Shown here in pieces: positions 60,509-64,000 of a stretch of DNA of 64,000 bases. This stretch comes from Utricularia gibba. Lineage: Eukaryota; Plantae; Magnoliophyta. A program made the translations under genes and the position numbers. The notes under the pieces are model-generated. The model was not told where the DNA came from and searched no databases. It worked only from the letters and a program-made list of their open reading frames with translations. The stretch is from the NCBI GenBank assembly GCA_002189035.1, contig CM007989.1, positions 7,316,001 through 7,380,000 of the forward strand, given 5' to 3'. Every line of letters begins with the position of its first letter. The first letter of the stretch is position 1.

Positions 60509-61188
60509 ATGTAACTTTTTTGTCGCTGGGACGATTTGGGTTCCCTTTTGGGACTGAATTTTGGTGATTTTTAATGATAAGTGAAGCCTGCTACTGCCGG
60601 CTGTTTTACCCGATGTATCGAAAACCTGCAAGAACTGATTTTTACGCGAAGAATATATAGCAAGCATTGAGCTGTAAAGCTTTCTCCTTCATGAGTGTTT
60701 TGTTGAACAAGTTCTTATGGAATCTAGGTTGATAGTCCAAAAACCTCGTTTAAAACGTGGGTGCTGAAAACGAGAACCTTTAGCCAATACATACTTTTCC
60801 TAGGTTGCAAGTTCACTAAGGCGCAGATGCCAAGATGCGTTTGTTGGAACATCAGAAAGGAAGCCAAAGGGAAGAAAAACACAAAGAGCACCGAAAAAGC
60901 CAGCCCCTCAAACAAGAGAGTAAGACAGCAAGGCACGGAACCCCGAGTGCACTTCAATCTCCATTCAACAAGAATCCACTCATTTATATGTAAAGTCATC
61001 GAATCCTTGGTATATATATTGATGGGTATACTTGCTGCACTTTCACTACAGTAGAATTCTGAAAGGCATTTACTTGGTATTTACCCCGCTTAATCTAACA
61101 TTTACAAGAAGCTAAATATCTGAAACTAGCACATCAAGCTACTTCTTTCAGGCAAAATGTGTTCATTTCGAGGTTTCAGTGGGAATAG

Positions 61189-63987
61189 CTAACCAGCTGA
61201 TGAGTTCCCAGGTTGCGGATCATTAGGCATTTGACGAACGAATTGCCCTTTAACGCGGGGTCTTTGCTCAGCTAGCTTCTTCCTGCTTTCGTATCGAACC
61301 TGCAAAAACATTTGATGTTAGTCATTTAGATGTTCTGATGGCATCTTGGACAAAAGGTGTAACCTTTGTCGTACCTTCTTCTCAAAACACCTCTCCTTCC
61401 TTTTCAGCCGGAACTTTGTAAGAGCTGCTTCTCTGTGCATCGAGCGATGCAGGAGTCCATCCTGGGCATGGTAGATGGCTTCATTACCACCTTCGGATGT
61501 AGGAATAATGATTGTGGGAGCACTTGTATTCGAATCGCAGAAACTTGCATGAGCATTCTGATTCTTTTCAGGTGAAGAAAGGTTCCCATTCCCCATGCTG
61601 TCTGATTTCTTGCTCTGTTTGCTGTCAATATGATGGATCGAAACACTGTTCCGTTGATCCAAAAGGCCATGAACTTGCACTGAGCATGAGGCCTGGTCCG
61701 TTGGAAGGGACTGTTCTTTCTGTGTCTGTGCAAGATGAGGGACCGCAGAATCACATCCGTTAACAGGATTCTCATATCTTACACCTCTAACCGGAACTGG
61801 ATGAGGCATCTCCCTACTTGGAGAATACGATAATGGGGTTTCACCCTTTCCTGATTGGAATTTCGACCCAATATGCTTCTGAGGGACCATTGATAGATCT
61901 TGCGTCGTTGTATCACACACTGCAAGGTTATTAAAAGTTCGGTTCTCCAGAATCGTTTCATGATCCTGTAATTCATCACCCGGCAGAGTAGAGCTTCCCG
62001 GCTTGTGTATGTATCTGAAAGAGGATCAAGATGCATCTAAATTAGGCTTGAAACTTCATGAGCATGCTTAGCAAGTAATCATAAACAGTCACTGAGCATA
62101 ATAGGAAAACCCAATACTTGATTTCAAGGATTCTGGCTTGACAGCTTACTCACCTTGAAAATGGTGAGGCTTCTGAGTGATTCAGTCTTGGTCTTCGAAG
62201 TGATAAATCCAACTGCGAGGCAGTATCTAACTTTTTGGAGCAAACCATTGCAGCAGAGCTTTCAACAGCTACATTGAGATGATTATCGAAGGAGTTGATC
62301 AAATCGATTGCCTCCATCGAAGAATCCCTGAAGGTTTTATCATTTTGGGAGTTATTTTCTTCCTGACTTCTGCATTCTGAAATAAGTTCACTGCTTCTTG
62401 GCCGTGAGAGTCCAGGGTAATCTTGCACATTTTCATCTCCATCATTCCCAGAGTCAGGCTTTGTGCACGAGCTCTATAGGAAAAGGGAAAACATGTGAGA
62501 CATGAAAATCAGAATTGGAATCATGTACAAGACAACACAGAACTCTAGTTCCCAGACGTGGTGCATAAAAAATCTGCATGCCGGATTCTCAAGCATGGAT
62601 TTATCGAGCTTGATGCATAGTACCTGAGCTTCGCTAGCTTTATCAGTGGATTCCCTGGATCGACGAGCGCACGCTAGACAACGACTTGAAGTGTTATCAC
62701 TAGCAGCATTGTTCTCAGCTGACGCTTCATCCTTCTTTTGACCTATACTCTCATCAGGTGGTTCAAGGCCAGCAGTCGCAGCATTACTTGACTGAGATAA
62801 GCACAGGAAAGAATACAAACGATGTTATCAAATGAAGGGACATCCAAACTAAGCAAGGACAAACAGAAAACTATAAACTCCAAATTTCGGGGCAGGGTAG
62901 ACATGGTAAGACAGGCCTAATTGGTAACGGTAATAAGGACTGAGGTTGAGATTGACAGTGCATTTCCTATGAACATAAGGGTCATCAAAAAAAAGAAAAA
63001 AAAAATTCTATGTGACACAGCATAGACCGAGGATGTCCTAGTTGGTAAGAATATCGAAGTTGAGGTTCAGACATCAAACTGCTCTTCAAATTTAGGGAGT
63101 AAAATAAAATTCACTTTGTTTTTGCGGAAAAAGCCAATCAAGAGAACATACAGCCTGCCTCCTCCAAATATGCTGCCACAAGTTGCTCAGCTCATTTTTC
63201 CTAACAGGCTTCACAAGGAAGTCAGTAGCACCTTTCAGCATACACTTGTAGACAGTATTCACTGAGTCATGTGAAGACATCACTGCAATGCATATCAAAC
63301 ATGGGACTCCGAATAAATAGTTTGCGAGAAAAAAGCAGGGATTTTATGTAAAACGAGATGAAATTTGCATCATACTTATTACTGGGATATGTTTGCAGAC
63401 TTCATGCTCCATTACTAAAGAAAGAAGAGCATATCCAGATATCAAAGGCAGATCAACTTCTGTCAAAATGAGATCTATGTTACACGGCCGCTCTCTCAAT
63501 ACTTCCCACGCTTTTAAACCATCCGCAACTGCAGCAACTGAAACATTTGAAAAGCAAAGCACATGATTTACGTGAAAAGTTCATACGCTGGAAGAAACCC
63601 CTCTGAAAATAATGAAACACAAACACAATTTAAACTTGAAAACCTACCCACAGCAGTAAACAGACCTCGCGCATTGGAAACACGAAATCCAGAACTTTTT
63701 TCAAATACGCGATAGGTGTAATACAATCCCAGATCAACGTCCGATCAAAAAAACCCAGAACAAAATAGCAACAACCCACCTCTGTAACTGCATTTCCTCA
63801 GTAACGCCGCAATAATCTGCCTAGTTGAATCATCAGCTTCCACAAGAAGCACCCTGACCACCATTTTCGGAAGAAACCTCTCCCACATCACAACCGAAGA
63901 CGACGTACTCGCCACCGGCGCAAGCCCTTCCCTAAACGCTTTATCCTCGGTCGTCCCACCACCGGTGTAGATCACAGCCTCCCCCAT
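61189..63987 (-). CDS. Pseudo-response regulator PRR5/PRR9-like circadian clock protein, multi-exon
   Basis: Pseudo-receiver [64 protein letters not shown]; EAR-like MEAIDLI and LDLSLRR; CCT domain [43 protein letters not shown]. Confidence 0.94.
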
Positions 63988-64000
63988 CCTCCCAAATCCT

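Noticed and set aside
1-64000. tRNA, rRNA, snRNA or CRISPR features
   Set aside because: No cloverleaf or T-arm consensus, rRNA similarity, USE+TATA snRNA promoter or spacer-repeat array found by eye.

Overview
Eukaryotic (flowering-plant, probably asterid) nuclear DNA, very gene-dense: about 22 spliced or single-exon protein-coding genes in 64 kb, with short introns and short AT-rich spacers. In order: MACPF protein (5'-truncated), alpha/beta-hydrolase, glycine-rich protein, SMUBP-2/IGHMBP2-like helicase, NERD-domain protein, class A HSF, PPR EMB976-like, SMG9, NDUFA12, PWWP (PWO1/PEAT-like), acidic tandem-repeat protein, POP5, TGA bZIP, PPR At5g46680-like (frameshifted), EF-hand EEP protein, membrane-bound NAC, At3g49490-like protein, class III peroxidase, RIN13-like, TTG1, Nudix-like protein and PRR5/9-like clock gene. 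There are also two decayed genes that the ORF track does not reveal: an internally duplicated NLR LRR remnant and an internally deleted NAC-alpha gene. I found no tRNA, rRNA, CRISPR array or intact transposon, and no clear new multi-gene system. The best leads are the higher-order acidic repeat protein, the two pseudogenes, two apparent 1-bp homopolymer deletions (real lesions or assembly errors) and several degenerate catalytic motifs. Family assignments are from recalled motifs, not database searches, and exon boundaries were read by eye.
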